NCBI GenBank assembly: GCA_030704615.1
Contig: CM060732.1
Span: 37,448,001 to 37,512,000, forward strand
DNA from: Takakia lepidozioides
Taxonomy: Eukaryota > Plantae > Bryophyta
DNA: 64,000 nucleotides
Direction: 5' to 3'
Shown: positions 11,693 to 24,955 of the stretch, piece after piece
How positions within the stretch are numbered: position 1 is the first letter of the stretch
Layout: the number at the start of each line of letters is the position of its first letter
Translations under genes and position numbers: made by a program
Notes under the pieces: generated by a model
Databases searched by the model: none
What the model was told of the DNA's origin: nothing
The model's input: the letters and a program-made list of their open reading frames with translations, nothing else

Positions 11693-14600
11693 ATGGATAG
11701 AGGGACGTGGGCGGCTGCTGGACAGCACCGCCGCGGGCGCAGTACCGGCAGCATGGTGAAGGAGAAGGACGAAGACCTGGCCTTGTTCAAGGATATGCGC
11801 ACTCGGGAGCACACTCAGTTCTTGCATCCAAACACTCAGGACCTCGAAGCCTCTCTCTGTATGCCCTCTTCCTAGCCACTGCTTCCCCTATCTCCTTTTC
11901 ATCCCCCTTTCCCTTTGTGATTTTTGGGTATCTCCGTGTCTGCTGCCCCTCTTTCAGCTCGCTCGGGACCATATGCTCAAAGGTTTTGTGCATTTGCAAG
12001 ATACAATTAGAAAGACAGTTTTTTTCCAAGAACCACATGGCATGTTTAGTGTCAGGTGTAGACCTGGCAGAGAGAAACTCAGGCTAGGAAGAGGAAAGTT
12101 GGTGCCGCATTCTAGCACTGTTCATGATTGATAATGCCACCGAGAGGTGATAGCCATTGCACGGTGGGAAGGGCAAGTAGGAAGGCAACAACGTTTGTGA
12201 ACCACAAAATCAATGAAAATGATGTGTTGTGAAGGTGGAGAGGTTGAAGGCTGATGGGCAGCATAGAAGAGGGGAACTTCGAGGTGTGAGATGGAGTCAT
12301 GGTGACATTCTAGAGGTTAAGATGGAAATGGCAGATAGAGGAAAGGGGTTTTTGGAGGGCCTCTAGAGTACAGTTTTATCCTGTAGATTCTTGATCATTA
12401 TACAATATGGCTCATTCTCATTGCGTATTCAGTTGTCTAGTCTTCTCTGAACACACTCGGCCATAACTCTGAAATTATGGTCAATTCTTACATACAATCC
12501 AGTACATTGCATTAGGAAGGCAGAGTGGCCATCTGAGAAAAAATGTAGACATGAGGAGAGGACTACAAGTGGATACCATGGTTGGAAAGACTTGACAAAT
12601 GGAGGAAATGAAGACTTTATGGGAGGGAGTGAGTTATTAACTGAGAGTTGTGGTTTCTGTTGTAGCCACTAAGTTTGGTGGACTATCAGGATACCAAGGT
12701 GCAGCCCCCCCCATCAAGCGAAAAGGAGTGGGGAGCGACTTGCTCAATTCTGATATAGACAAGAATGACTATGACTGGTCAGCTTCTTCTTCCTTCCTAT
12801 ATGTTTGTGGTTTACTCAAGTCTGTGTACACTCAACCTCTTCCCTTCCAGCCTTTAAAACTACTTTCATGTCCCAATAGTAACTTGCATTAATAGGATGA
12901 TGAACATTTGCGATGGAGTCATAAAAAATAGGAAGGCTGGATCCAGGATTTTCTAGCTACCTATCCACATTTTATCTCCAGGAAGGGCTGCAGTATAATG
13001 TAATTCAGTGTGGAAGCAAAGCTTGTTATGTCTGTCTATATTGCAATAGCATTCTAAGCTATCCTAAATATTGCACTCATCTCAAAGCTGAAGTGTGACC
13101 TTTTCTCACTGAAAGCCTGTTACATAGGTTTACAACCAAGATTTATTGCAGTAGCTCTGACATTGCCCCCCATCAAACAAGTTCTGTTTCTTCCTATCTT
13201 CGGGCACCTTTAAGAAGCAAGTTCTCTCTCTCTCTTCCCTTTCCTTGCCTTGAAACTCTGGTGTCACACCTTGATGTTAAGGTTTTGATGACTGCGGGAA
13301 GTGCATATGGCCCGGGGTTGTTCTGATACTACAGGCTATTGACACCCCCAGCCACACCACTCTTTCCATCACTGGATAGCGAATCAGCAGCTTACAGTGC
13401 CTTGCATCAAGCTGTTCTGAAGAATTCCTCACTCTCTGCCATCAAGACATCAAGAGTAAGTTTCCATATTATTGCCAGTTTGGACTTTTGCTGCACACTT
13501 CATGAGGTTTGGCTTACTATTGTTCACAAAGATGTGCAAGATGTTGAAATCTGTTGAACATAAAGGCTCTTTCTGAGATATTCTGGGTGGGTCCGCAGAT
13601 ATCGAGTGGTCGATCAGACCCTTCTCCGAAAGCCACACGAGGCAATCCAAGCCCTCAACGGGCGAGCAGTGGAAGCCCATTTCACAGCAATTCTAGATCT
13701 CGAGCATCTCCAGCACCTGCTGATACACGTAACTCCCGGCCTTCCACGCCCACCAGATCTTCCACCCCTACGAGACCTTCAACACCTACAGCAAGGCTGT
13801 CCTCTTGTATGCCTAGGCACTCAAGTCCATCAGCAAGGCCCTCCACTCCTACAGCTAGGCCCTCCACCCCTACAGCTAGGCCCTCCAGGCCCTCTACTCC
13901 TACAGGTAGGCCCTCCACACCTACTCTGCAGAGGTCAAGTTCAAGCCCTGTAAGTGGTCGGCTGTCTGCTTCTGCTAGTAGGGCTGGTCCTTCTCCTACT
14001 AGAGGCACCAGCTCAACTGGCTCTACAGCAGCCCGAGGATGCTCCCCTGTGAGAGGCAGCAGCCGGGGAAGCTCTCCCGCAAGAGGCAGCAACCCAGCAC
14101 CTGCAAGGGGCCGGTCATCATCACCAAGAGCGCATCCTGCCTTGCCAGATGACTTCCCGTCAGAGACGCCCCCAAATTTGCGCACCTTAGACCGACCCAC
14201 CTCAGCTCCACGACGGCCTGCAGGGTTTAACAGTGGTGTGGTGCGAACCTCTGAAGGTCTAGAAAGAAATGGAAAGTCCTGGGGCCATGCCACCTCCCCA
14301 ACTTTTTTCTGGAGCCATAGCTCCAATAGCCAGGACCAAGAGCGTTCCAGTGTCCAGTCTAGTCGTGCATCGTCTGACGATGACAGTAGTTTTGAGGCGT
14401 CTTCACAGTCTGTAATATCGAGCAGGAGAGTCACCCCAGAGCGGGCAGGTTATGGACGGCGGTCGGCAGTACCCAAAGAAGACCTCCTGAATCCACGCCC
14501 AAGCCTGCAGGCGAAGCGACCTGTGTCCCAAAGAGATTTGCCTCAGACCTCATTTTCCAGAAAGTCTCTGGACTCTCCTGCACGCCACTTGGTAAGCAAT

Positions 14601-17600
14601 ATGTCAGCTCTACAGGTTTCAGTGTGAGGTGTATATACTGTTTTCTTCCTGATATACCTTGCAGTTTTTAATCCAGAGGGCACTTCTAAGATTTATTAGC
14701 TGGAATCTTTTGGAAACTGCAGTCAGGATTTGCTTCCTGTTCTAGTTTGTGCCTGAGGTTTTCCAGGGGACAAGTGCAGATTCTTGCCGTGAAAATGAAT
14801 CTGGGCCCTGGGATGTTGTCTCACATTACAATCACAGAAAAGCTCACTTGCAGTTGCTGCATTAAGACTTACTTGTTGGACTTGCCATACCAATCAACCT
14901 CACATGCAGTCCTGACTCAATGATGTATGTCATTCAAATTACAGGATGTCCATCAAAGCTCACCCAATGGCTTTAGACCTTTCATGACTTTCACCTCAAT
15001 CTCATCATTCCACAGCAGCAGGGCCTCTATCTCCCTTAGGAAACCACACATAGGTACAGACTCAAAGCCAACGACTCCGAGCAGCACTGCCAGTTCAGAC
15101 CAGGGTGCTAGTGTGGTACATAACAGTGAGGCAGAGGACGACTCATTGAGTGACAGAGGGAGACGGTTGTCACCGGGGGGACATGCTGAGGTCCTTGTGC
15201 TTGATAAAGAGGGGGTCAAGAACTCCAGCTGGGATACCCACCAATATGAGAGGGACAGCAAGCCACATGAGCACGCATACATGGATAGGAATGATGTGGA
15301 GAGTCTCCCTTGCTCCGAGGGGACAAACTTGGGTGATAATGACTACTTCCCTAGTTATATGAGTTGCGAGCAAACCCACTCCGAAGAGAAGGAGTTCAAG
15401 AGGGCCCAAGAGTTTGATTCAGTGAGGGCAAATGATAAGGTGCATTCATTCAGCCTCTTGGAAAACCGTATCTTGGCAAACAGTACTGAGCCTGAGCTTG
15501 GGAGTCTGGCCATCAACTATTCAGTCCCCAAGGGTCAGACAGCCTGTAAGGAAGGTGGCGAGTCTGCTAGAATCAGAGGGAATGGATGCTCCCACAATGA
15601 GGATGGACCGAAAGGGCTGCATTTGTTGAGACAAGCAGATGAATTGATCATGCACGATCGTCATCCTGAGGGCATTAACTCAGAATACTTCAAAGACCCT
15701 AAATGTGCACAGGGAGTTGTAGATAACATGGTAGTCAAAGTTGAGACTGCTTGTGTGGAAGTTGGGGGATTGGTTACGTACAAAGAGAGAGGCCGCCTGC
15801 AAGAGCCCCTAGATTGTGCAGTCGAGGATGATGAGAGTGGCTTGTGTCGACATGTGGACAGTCCTAAATTGGACTTCAGCAAGGAGTCAGAATACGGGAG
15901 TGATGTGACGTCTTTACCTTTCAGTGGTACTCTGTCTTGCCATGATGTTCTGGGCCCCAACGAAATTAGCCAAACAGAGAGCCCAAAGTGTAAGCAGGAT
16001 GGACAACCAGTGTTCACTGGGGAAAGGGACAAGATGAGTACATGTAGTCCTTACCAGCACCGCAACTTGGAACAATGTCAGGATTCTCACACTGTGAACA
16101 TCAACTTTTTGGGTCAGAAGGACAAGGTTCATTGTCATGGATCAGGTGATCCCACTAGAAACAGAGGTGAAGAAAGCTCACATTGTGAAAAGGAGGTAGA
16201 ATGCACTTTGGAGAGGGACGACAAAGAAGTTCACTGGTGTGACTGCATAGAAGACTTCTGCAAGAAGCATACTGACAGAGTAGATGGTTTTGGAGCAAAG
16301 GTGGAGGCTCCTGGTCTGGATAGTGATGAGCCCAAGCTTCATGAAATAATGAGGGGCTTTCAATGTAAGAGACAGATACAGAACGAGGAGGATCGGCAGA
16401 GGGAGACAGACAAGAACGCCAGGTCTCACTCCTTGGTGACCTCCAATATGAAGTCATGTGATGCGGTGGCCTGCAGGAGTTCAGGTGAAATCTCTTCTGA
16501 ATTTAAGGTTGAAAGCCCTGCCCAAGAAACTGCTAAGGTCCCTGCAAGGAGAGGGGGGGAAATTTCTACGCTCAGAGAGAAGGACAAGGGGTTCGATTTG
16601 GAGTTTGAAAACGCAAGCAATGAAGTTGGGCAAGAGCCGAAGTTTGGGAACCAGGATGGAGAACAACTCATTACCAAGATTGAGGACCCTATTCAGGCAG
16701 TTGGTCAGATATTTCATACAAATGGAGCTGGCTGCAGAGAAAATGGGAAGCATTACCAAGAAGCTCATAAATCAATTAATATTGTGAGGATTACAGAAAG
16801 TATGCTTATGGATAGCCATGTAGAGGACCCTTACTTAGAAGCCTGTCGTGTACCTAGATGTGGGGGCGACGATGCCTTAACTCGAGATATTTTGAGTAGC
16901 ACAATTTGCGAGTCCACTGTAAATGTGCATATGCTGCAGCCTGACGAGCCAGAGGATGCTTGCAGTCAGGAATCTGAAGGACAAGATGTTCAGGAAATTT
17001 GTCATAGACAAGTCCCAGCTGAGGAGCAAGCATTTGTTGATATCCCAGAAGACCCATGTGGAGGTGTGGTGCGGGGAACAGGTGCTTCCAATATTACTGA
17101 TATTTGGTTCAATGATGAGGAGAAAACTTGTCTTGAACCCCTGGATGTTGAAACCAATGCCCCTCTTGTTCGATGTAAGAATGTCAAGTACACACAACCA
17201 AAGGAAGTGCTTGAGGCAGCTGATATGCATGATTCGACAGAGCCACATATCTCTGTGGATTTGGAAGCAGAATTGTGTGAAAGTGGCAAGCCCTCTCTGG
17301 CATTGAAGGGCATGTCATACTGGGTAGATGAATCCAAGTCTGTTTCACTTGGTGAGCCAGGGAAGGAATTAAAGCAGCTGGAAACCCCAGATCCAGACCA
17401 CGTGACATCCCTGGCTGTAGGCCTAGAGCAAAGTAACAGGGTCAATCATAGCCTTGTTCAGCATTTTGATCCCATGTGTTACCCCAGCTGGGAGGAAGTG
17501 CAGAACTGCAATCCACAGGAGCGAGCAGTTGAGGCAGCAACCAATTTTGGGCTTTCAAGGCCCTTGGCGGCTACTAATGGAGGGCTATGCAGAAACAGTC

Positions 17601-19716
17601 AGGGATTGCAAGGTGCTTTGTTGAAGAACACCTCCTTGAAGTCAGGTGGAAGGACTTCAACATCGGTGAGCAGCATAGATTTGTCCCAGAGCACAGACAC
17701 AAGTTCCTCGTGCCCTAGCAATTTAATGTGGGAAGATCCACACTCTGGCTCGAACACCAGGTTTAAGCTAAAACAATCTGAGCTAGAATTCTATGTGAGT
17801 GAGCCACTTTCTCTGCCACCTGAAGTTTGCCTAGTTGAAACTCAGGGGGAGTTTCTGTCAGGGCTCCCAGACAGTCAAAGTACAAAGTACTTCGACACCA
17901 GGTTGGAACTCCCTGCTGACAGTGCAAGGAGTAGCAGCTTCCATGGAGGAAGCAGACAAGACCTGGATCAAGCTAAAGAAGCAATGTCACCAGAGTTGGA
18001 TTACTTTGTAGACATTTTGGGACCACATACTAATAGTAATTTGCAGATGATAGAAAATTGCAGTGCTGAAAATGTGCTGGCGTCGAGAGGTGAACTGGAG
18101 ACCAGAAAAACTTACCTTGTAAGAGATATAAGGGCACTTGATAGTTTGAAATGTGAGGAGTCCCTGCACAGCAACAAAACTCCAGTTGGTGACAAGGCTT
18201 GTGAGGACAGGAACACGGATATAAAGGATGAATCTGACTGGGAGATGGTCAATGCTGTGAAGGGCATTGAAATGTCTGCGGTAATGGGCTTACCTCACTC
18301 AAAGACAGTAGAAACAGTGCACAGTGTGGACCAAGTTAAAGAGCAGATCATGGAGAAGGTTAAATCAACAGGCTCTAGCAATGGGAAGCATTTGTCCTCA
18401 TTCAGATTTGGGCGTAAAAAGAATGCTGCAGGTCAGCTGGAGAATAAAATCACTCCGAGCGTGGGTGTGGAGGTTTCTGAGCAGGCACCCTGCAATGGTA
18501 AGAAGTTCAATGGAAGTGCTAAGCTGGCAGGTGGTCGACAAATCAGGACGACGAGGTCAGTGAGCGCCAGTTCTGCTGCTCTTGTGGTTCAGCCTGGTGG
18601 TGCAGGAGGCGCGCAATTAAGTCAGTGCCAATCGGAGGGGACAGCGACAGACGAGCAGAACCAGAGTAGATTCTCAAACATCACAGTGCGTTCTGGCTCA
18701 GTTGCAGAAAACTTTGAGTGGGAGCATAGTTCTCTAGGTATCTTCTGCCATTTGTGATATACCGTGTTAGTTATGGCACACAGCCAGCCACAGACGTTAA
18801 GGTGGTTCTTAATGAGGGGTGGACCACAAGGGGTGAAAACTGGTATGCCTATTGGAGGGAGGAAAAGACAGCTGTGAATTAGGAGGGTTTGAATCGTTGT
18901 TGGTTTTTGTGATGACAACAAGAGTCTGCAGGGTACAGGATTTTTCGTGCAAGCTTCTCTGCCAAAGGGTCGTATTTTCCTTGGGACATGGCATTCAATG
19001 TGCTATGCTGTCCATATGCACATTATACAGTGTACACGGTCAAGCCTATGAATTAATTACCTCTGACAGTTAAATGGTATTGGGAAGTGCAAATGCATGT
19101 TGTTTCAAAACACAGTTTGAGAATGAACAGATGTTGATGCAATACAGTGAGTGAGTGATTTGACATGGTGGTAATGTGGATTATTGCAGAAGCGACTAGC
19201 AGCAGCAGCTACAGCAGCCAGAGCAGGTGTGAACAAACGTTGGTTCCAGGGAGTATGACACTTGCAGAGGTCACAGAACGAGTTTTGTTTTGCAGCAGCA
19301 TTGTCCATGACTTGGTCTATCAGGCGGCAGAGCTTGCCAGCAAGATGGAGGAGACACAAGTCAGAGGGTCCAGTCCTTCCTTGGGATACACTGTTTTAGG
19401 GCTCTCAGAGGCAGACAGCATGAATCTGTCAGGGTCAGAGTTGTTGGACATCGGCAACCGGAAGGAGCATGAGCGGCATGGCCCAGGGATGGAAGTAGGA
19501 TTCCTGGTACAACGCTCGCTCAAGTACCTGCCCACTATGCAGCTTGATAATCAAGCAGGGAGTCCCACTTCACGGTATTTCTTCAGTCCCAGTAAAGAAG
19601 GAATAGTGGCCAAGGCTCAGCAGGAGCTGTCTATGTGCCCTGCTACTGTTAGGTTGAGAGGTGGGGACAAAGTGAGTGCCAAACAGAACACTAAATGCTG
19701 TTGTTCTATCCTGTGA
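11693..19716 (+). CDS. BPP-family (basic proline-rich, microtubule-associated; At1g27850-type long form) protein, 1903 aa, C-terminal CaaX
   Basis: Six in-phase GT-AG exons: 11693-11858, 12666-12777, 13335-13455, 13599-14591, 14945-18737, 19190-19716 (5712 nt). Family motifs HRRGRS, KDEDLALF, KNDYDWLLTPPATPLFPSLD, RPSTPT repeats, PPNLRT.DRP.SA.R, SLDS..RHL, LFCSSIVHDLVYQAA, ending KCCCSIL. Confidence 0.9.
13737..13925 (+). repeat. Coding ~21-bp tandem repeat (RPSTPTA heptads) in the BPP-like gene
   Basis: Repeated aggccctccac(t/c)cctacagct units encoding RPSTPT(A/G/L). Confidence 0.85.
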
Positions 19717-19834
19717 GACACATGTGTACAAAGTTTTCTAATAAATCTGCAGTTGGCAACTTTGCAATTTGCCATGAAGAAAATTCTTCTCTTAGGCTTT
19801 TGGACGAACCAGAGAGGGCCTGAACATACAGTCA

Positions 19835-22800
19835 ATGGAACCTGTAACGAGTCACGCCGATCTGTTTGATCAGCATAAAATCCTTAGCAAATGCGTCCCA
19901 ACCAATAATACTAGAGCTGTCCCGACTGGATAAAGGGTTATGCTGGGCATTACTTACAATGAAGTGCAGTGGGTATGAGCGTTCAAATGCTGGAGCCCTG
20001 GACCGAGTTTTGGCCAGTGAGCCCTGGACCGAGTTTTGGCCAGTGTGAATGACGGGGTAAGTTAGCAGGCCAAAACAATCAAACCTATAAATAGTGTTAA
20101 GTACACTATCTAGCATGTGTTGTCACCACCATATTCCCTTTGCTAGCATGTGTTGTGTCACCACCGTATTCCAAAGCATTAACAACAATGTTAGTTATCG
20201 CATATTTATTATAATAAAAATATAATCATTATTGATTGGATATAAATATCACACCATGCAAGTTTTGTTTCTGTTAATACCAGACCAGTATGGATAATGC
20301 CCTGGTATCGCAATCGGACGAAGGCCTCTATACCAGTACCAGTCTGGTATGTTCAAAATACAACACCAGTCCAACACTGGTCTGCACCACAACAACAGCC
20401 AACTATGGCCTTGTCATCTGTGGGAGCTCCCAGTTGCTTGCACTACGAGGGCCATGTCTTCTAGTGCAGGGGCATCACAAAATGATGCCGGATTGCAGTT
20501 GCAACAGCACATGGACTACCAGACATAACAGTTCAACGTGAACCAGTTGAAGTTGCAATAGGGGGTCATAACCAGTCACACAAACCCCAGATGCAGGTCC
20601 CCAGCTTGCAGCTACCCGCGCCAAGAATAGCCCCTTCCCAAACTGGTATGAACTGGCTTTCTGGAGGATCCTCGGCCCACCACCATTGACAGCAACAGCA
20701 GGGAAGAAGTGTCACTGGGGCTCTAGTCCCTCTTCTGGGGGGCTAGAGCCTACTAAGGCCCTAACAGCCGCAATGTCTTCCGTACGATGGAAGTCCTGAA
20801 TGCGCACTTTGGCAGGAACAAATGGTTTCAGGGGGCCTGCCACTGCTCTCCACAGTACTTCACTTCCTCTTTTATTGCTTACAGGATACATTGCCCTACA
20901 AGCCAGAAGCCAACAGTCATTTTCTCACCCTCACCCCTCTATTTCTCTTGATGGATACGCAGAGACTGTCCCCTGAAGGGAACATGAACATGAACAGCTA
21001 CTTCAAACAGCCACTGGTGAGCATGCTAAAAAAATGTGTGTGCACAACAACATGTCAATGTCCGAGCTCACATGTCCTTATAAGGTGGTTCTGGTATCTG
21101 TGAAAGCTATTTATTGTGAGAGGAGAGGGTCATGTTCTTATAAAGCATGTATGGAAGATTGCAAACCAACCTGAAGGTAAAAAATACGTTAAATCCAAAA
21201 TAACCCAAGCACTCTTGCCAAAATTTTCAATGCAAGCAATTTCAACTACTCCTGCCTTTTGATAGGAGCAGCAACCACAACACATAGTACCAGGGGCAGT
21301 TCATAATTCATGCGATAACATAGGTAAAGTAGCACTAACTGATTGAGAGGAGGAAACCTCAAAAATTGTCGTTCTCTAAGTGAACCAGGGGTAGTGTGCG
21401 CTACCATTGCACCCACAGACTTTGCTGTTTCCAATGCTGCTAGACTTGCTCTTTGCTCAGCAAGTTTCTGTCCACATGCAACCAACCTGTAAATTCTAGC
21501 TCTTCATTACAAACCCTAGTAGTGTATGCTCAGACTGTACCTCTGTTAGTATACCAAACAAGAGCTTGTAGGTCTTGGCTAGGCAAAAGCAGTTGAGGGG
21601 CACCCTTTTCCATGGTTGTCACGATGCATTGCCTTGCTTGGAAGGACTGCTACTACCTCCTTTCTCTCTCCCTCACTCACACACCCACACTGCTCATTCT
21701 GTATACAGCATCCTGACTGCTTGTGAGTTGTACTGCCTGAGCAATCATTAACAGTTCACATTTTCGCAACATCCGGTGGCTAAGCCCCACTAATTGCAAA
21801 TAGTTAGTATTCTAGCAATGCGTTATGCAGCTGCAACTTGCTAGACTTTGGTTCTGTTTTCCCATGCTTAACTGAAACCTAAGTTGGCAATGCTAAAAGA
21901 TATTCCCTCATTGGAGAGAAAAGTATAACTGCAATGCTGTCTTCCTTTGATAGTAGTTCGAACTGGAGGTTGAATTCCTTCTTGTTAGACAGGGGTGACA
22001 CGCACATCCATTAGGCCTATCACAAAAGCTCACAATGCTCTGAATCTCTCGGAATAATTAATTTCTCAAACAAAAAATTGAAGGCCCATTGCATCAGAGC
22101 AAAATGTGGACTCAGTTCTGAAGAGAGCTGTAGTATTACCAAGCTTTAATTCTTGTTGCATACAATACCATACAGCCATGGATTATATATACTGCAAGAG
22201 AAGTTCAACTTACCTCACATGTGTGGGTTGCAAGGTCTGCAAGGGGAAGCGAGTCCATTTGCTGGTAGATTTACAGACCAAAAACAGCGGATTGCATGAA
22301 TACAGTGAGGAAAAAGAGCAAGTGCAGCCTGGATGAATTACAGCTTCTACTGGGAATAAGGTTTGTAGGAGAATCAGTTGCGTCCTTCGATATATAAAAC
22401 AAGACCAGCCAGACTCTGTACTTGGAAGTGAAGGGTGCTGACATTGCAATTCTTGCTACTGTTAGACATTATCATGAAAAAGCCTTCTTTAAGTGCTCCC
22501 CAAGCATGCAGAGTGGATCCCAAAATGAGGGAGAAGCTGCCCAAGCCAGTGTGAGACACATTACCATAGGGCTCCTGCCATCTTCGAGGGGTGGATCCAT
22601 TGCCGACTTAGAACATTTGTACTTAGGATGCAATGGACTACAGTCTTGAGTTTGGTTTGTAACGCAAAAAGCCAAGAATACCTGGCATGCTGATGGCCTG
22701 TGATCCAAGTCTGCTGAAGCTAAAGTCACCCGGCGCACTGGCATAGATGGGGTCATCACACTTGGCTTTTTCTTGGCAGTAAGTGGTGTTGGAAAGTACT

Positions 22801-23204
22801 CGTACTGCAGTTCGCCTTTCTTGCGAACTTCATTTTATAGTCTTCCCAGAACCTCCGCATAACTATGACCCCACCTCTCAAGTTACTCTCCCTGAATCTA
22901 AGTCAACTATCCCCAAATATTCTGAAAACTTAGGGGTACCTAGGAGAAACGCAGGTTCTCTGTGAATTTCCATGTGATTTGGAACTTGGCTGAAGATTTT
23001 CAGAATTGGACCAAGTTGGTCAGCAGTTACGACTTAAAAGGAAGTTACGATAGAGAGCATGAAGGCCCACTTTCGGGAACTTGAATTGGTTATGAACCTG
23101 GGTTGTCTTGCACAGTCACTCTCATAATAGGTACCCGTCTATGAGCCGATTTTCTTGCACTGGATTCAAGAACGGGAGTCTCGAATTCGAAGGATTTTGA
23201 AAAC
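19835..23204. repeat. Segmental direct duplication, copy A (3' part of the cilium-like gene)
   Basis: Colinear high-identity match to 29272-33424, with small indels and copy-B-specific insertions. Confidence 0.95.
20712..23204 (-). pseudogene. Truncated duplicate of the 3' exons of the cilium-like repeat gene
   Basis: Exons such as LVACGQKLAEQRASLAALETAK and AMYPVSNKRG...QDFHRTEDIAAVRAL. A 1-bp deletion relative to copy B shifts the stop to 20712. No upstream exons; it abuts the RPL37a promoter. Confidence 0.65.
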
Positions 23205-23380
23205 ATTCAAACTGCTTCGTGTGACTCGGTAGTTAGGTTCGGTATAAACGAACCATGTTTAGGTCTGGTAGAGGTTCGGCAGAGGGGGGCGCCTACAGGT
23301 GAGGGCGTGGCGTAGCGCAAGGTCTCTTTGCAAGCGGCCTGCTCTCTTGCACCTCGCGGCCCTCTACTCATACAGAAACC

Positions 23381-24749
23381 ATGGTATGTACCCTTCTCTT
23401 CCTTGGGTTCTTCCTTGGAGCATGCATAATTCCTACTTTTAGCAATACCAACGGCTGCCTTCGGGTTTTGGGGGGGGTGGGGGGGTGTTGGACATGTGTT
23501 GATTTATAGGTTGTGCTAATACGTAGTCTTGCACCAGCTAAATGTAACATGTCCTTGCTTGCCTGCGTTGTGATAGACGAAGCGCACCAAGAAGGCTGGC
23601 ATCGTCGGGAAATACGGTACCTCCCTGATTCTGGCACTGTATTTTATTTTGCGACTGGGGTTGATTTCTTGAATGTGATTTCTTACTTTGGACGATAGCG
23701 TTGGGGTAAACCATGTGTTCTTGTTGGCTTGAAAAGTTTGTATTTGAGTTCTCATGCTGGTTGGGACCACAGGCACGAGGTATGGTGCCAGTTTGAGAAA
23801 GCAGATCAAGAAGATGGAGGTGAGCCAGCACTCCAAGTACTTCTGCGAGTTTTGTGGAAAGGTATGCCCGGACTACCAGACATGACCGTCCATAAGAGTC
23901 CCTTTGATGTACCTATCAAAGTCTGCAGTTGAACTCACAAATTTCGTTCAGCTTTGTCCATGGATTGATGAGACATTCGCCAGTTATACGCCGTGATGTG
24001 GTAGCTATCTACACTTGAGCTGTGTACAGCTAACTGTGTGGTTGGATTGCTTGCTGATCACCAAGTTCTGGGTGGGTGCTCTCAGTTCGCAGTGAAGAGG
24101 AAAGCTGTTGGTATATGGAACTGCAAAGATTGTGGTAAAGTGAAGGCTGGTGGTGCCTACACTCTCAAGTAAGTTACGATTCACGTTTGACCAAGTTTAA
24201 AAAAATTGTCGATCTATCGGAGTCTCTCCATACTGGTATTTGTCTAATTTAGGACCGGATCTGGCATTTGAGCTGCGTTTCTCTCTTTTATCAGGCTATC
24301 AGCTATATCTAAGTTTAGTAATTGCAATGTCGAGACCCTACATTATTAAAACCAAGTTATTTTGATCATCTTTCTTGGAAGAACTCTCCTTCATTTCACC
24401 ATGTGTTGGTGCTACTCAGAGAGTTAATAAGGTCAAATTGCCAGCAGTGCCCCCTAGGTGTCATGTGGTCTAAACCTTGTAGATGGACACGTTCACTTCA
24501 GAGTTTTGGGCAGATCCAGTACAGGGCTTTAGTATGTTTTAAACTACTAATGCCAATGACTGATCAATTCCCCTGGTACCATTTTACTTGATGTCACCAT
24601 GGATGGCCACCTCTTAGCTTCATCATGCAAGGCTTTTACTGGAAAACCAGATGATCTGACATTGGAGTCTGTGCTATATGTGCAGCACGGCGAGTGCGGT
24701 GACTGTTCGCAGTACAATCCGGCGCTTAAGGGAGCAGACAGAGAGTTAG
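23381..24749 (+). CDS. RPL37A: 60S ribosomal protein L37a (eL43), 92 aa
   Basis: Exons 23381-23383 (ATG), 23577-23616, 23773-23861, 24086-24168, 24686-24749 splice in phase to [92 protein letters not shown], with the C2-C2 zinc ribbon. Confidence 0.98.
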
Positions 24750-24955
24750 ACAGGACTATCTTTTTCAGAGTGTACCTGACTTTCTTTGATTCTCTTTTCA
24801 AGAAAAACTATTACTGTTAAAGCTATCACTGAATGTAGTGGTGTCTCACATGGGCTGCCACTTCATTTTTGGCCATTATGTTGTCAACTTGCAAATGTGT
24901 TTTTTGTAATTGAATATTGAGAGTGGCAAAAATCGTGTTGTCAGTCTTACGAGAC

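Noticed and set aside
13682-14434. 250-aa antisense ORF with AVGVEGL repeats
   Set aside because: Mirror of the RPSTPT coding repeat on the plus strand.
23962-24060. C/D-box snoRNA (TGATGA...CTGA, with a U14-like ACATTCGCCAGT) in RPL37a intron 3
   Set aside because: The CTGA is only 28 nt from the acceptor and coincides with the likely branch point. The U14-like element has an extra base, and domain B is absent.
24553-24665. Inverted repeat ccaatgactgatca / tgatctgacattgg in RPL37a intron 4 as a snoRNA or miRNA
   Set aside because: No canonical C box, no recognisable rRNA guide, and the interior does not pair.
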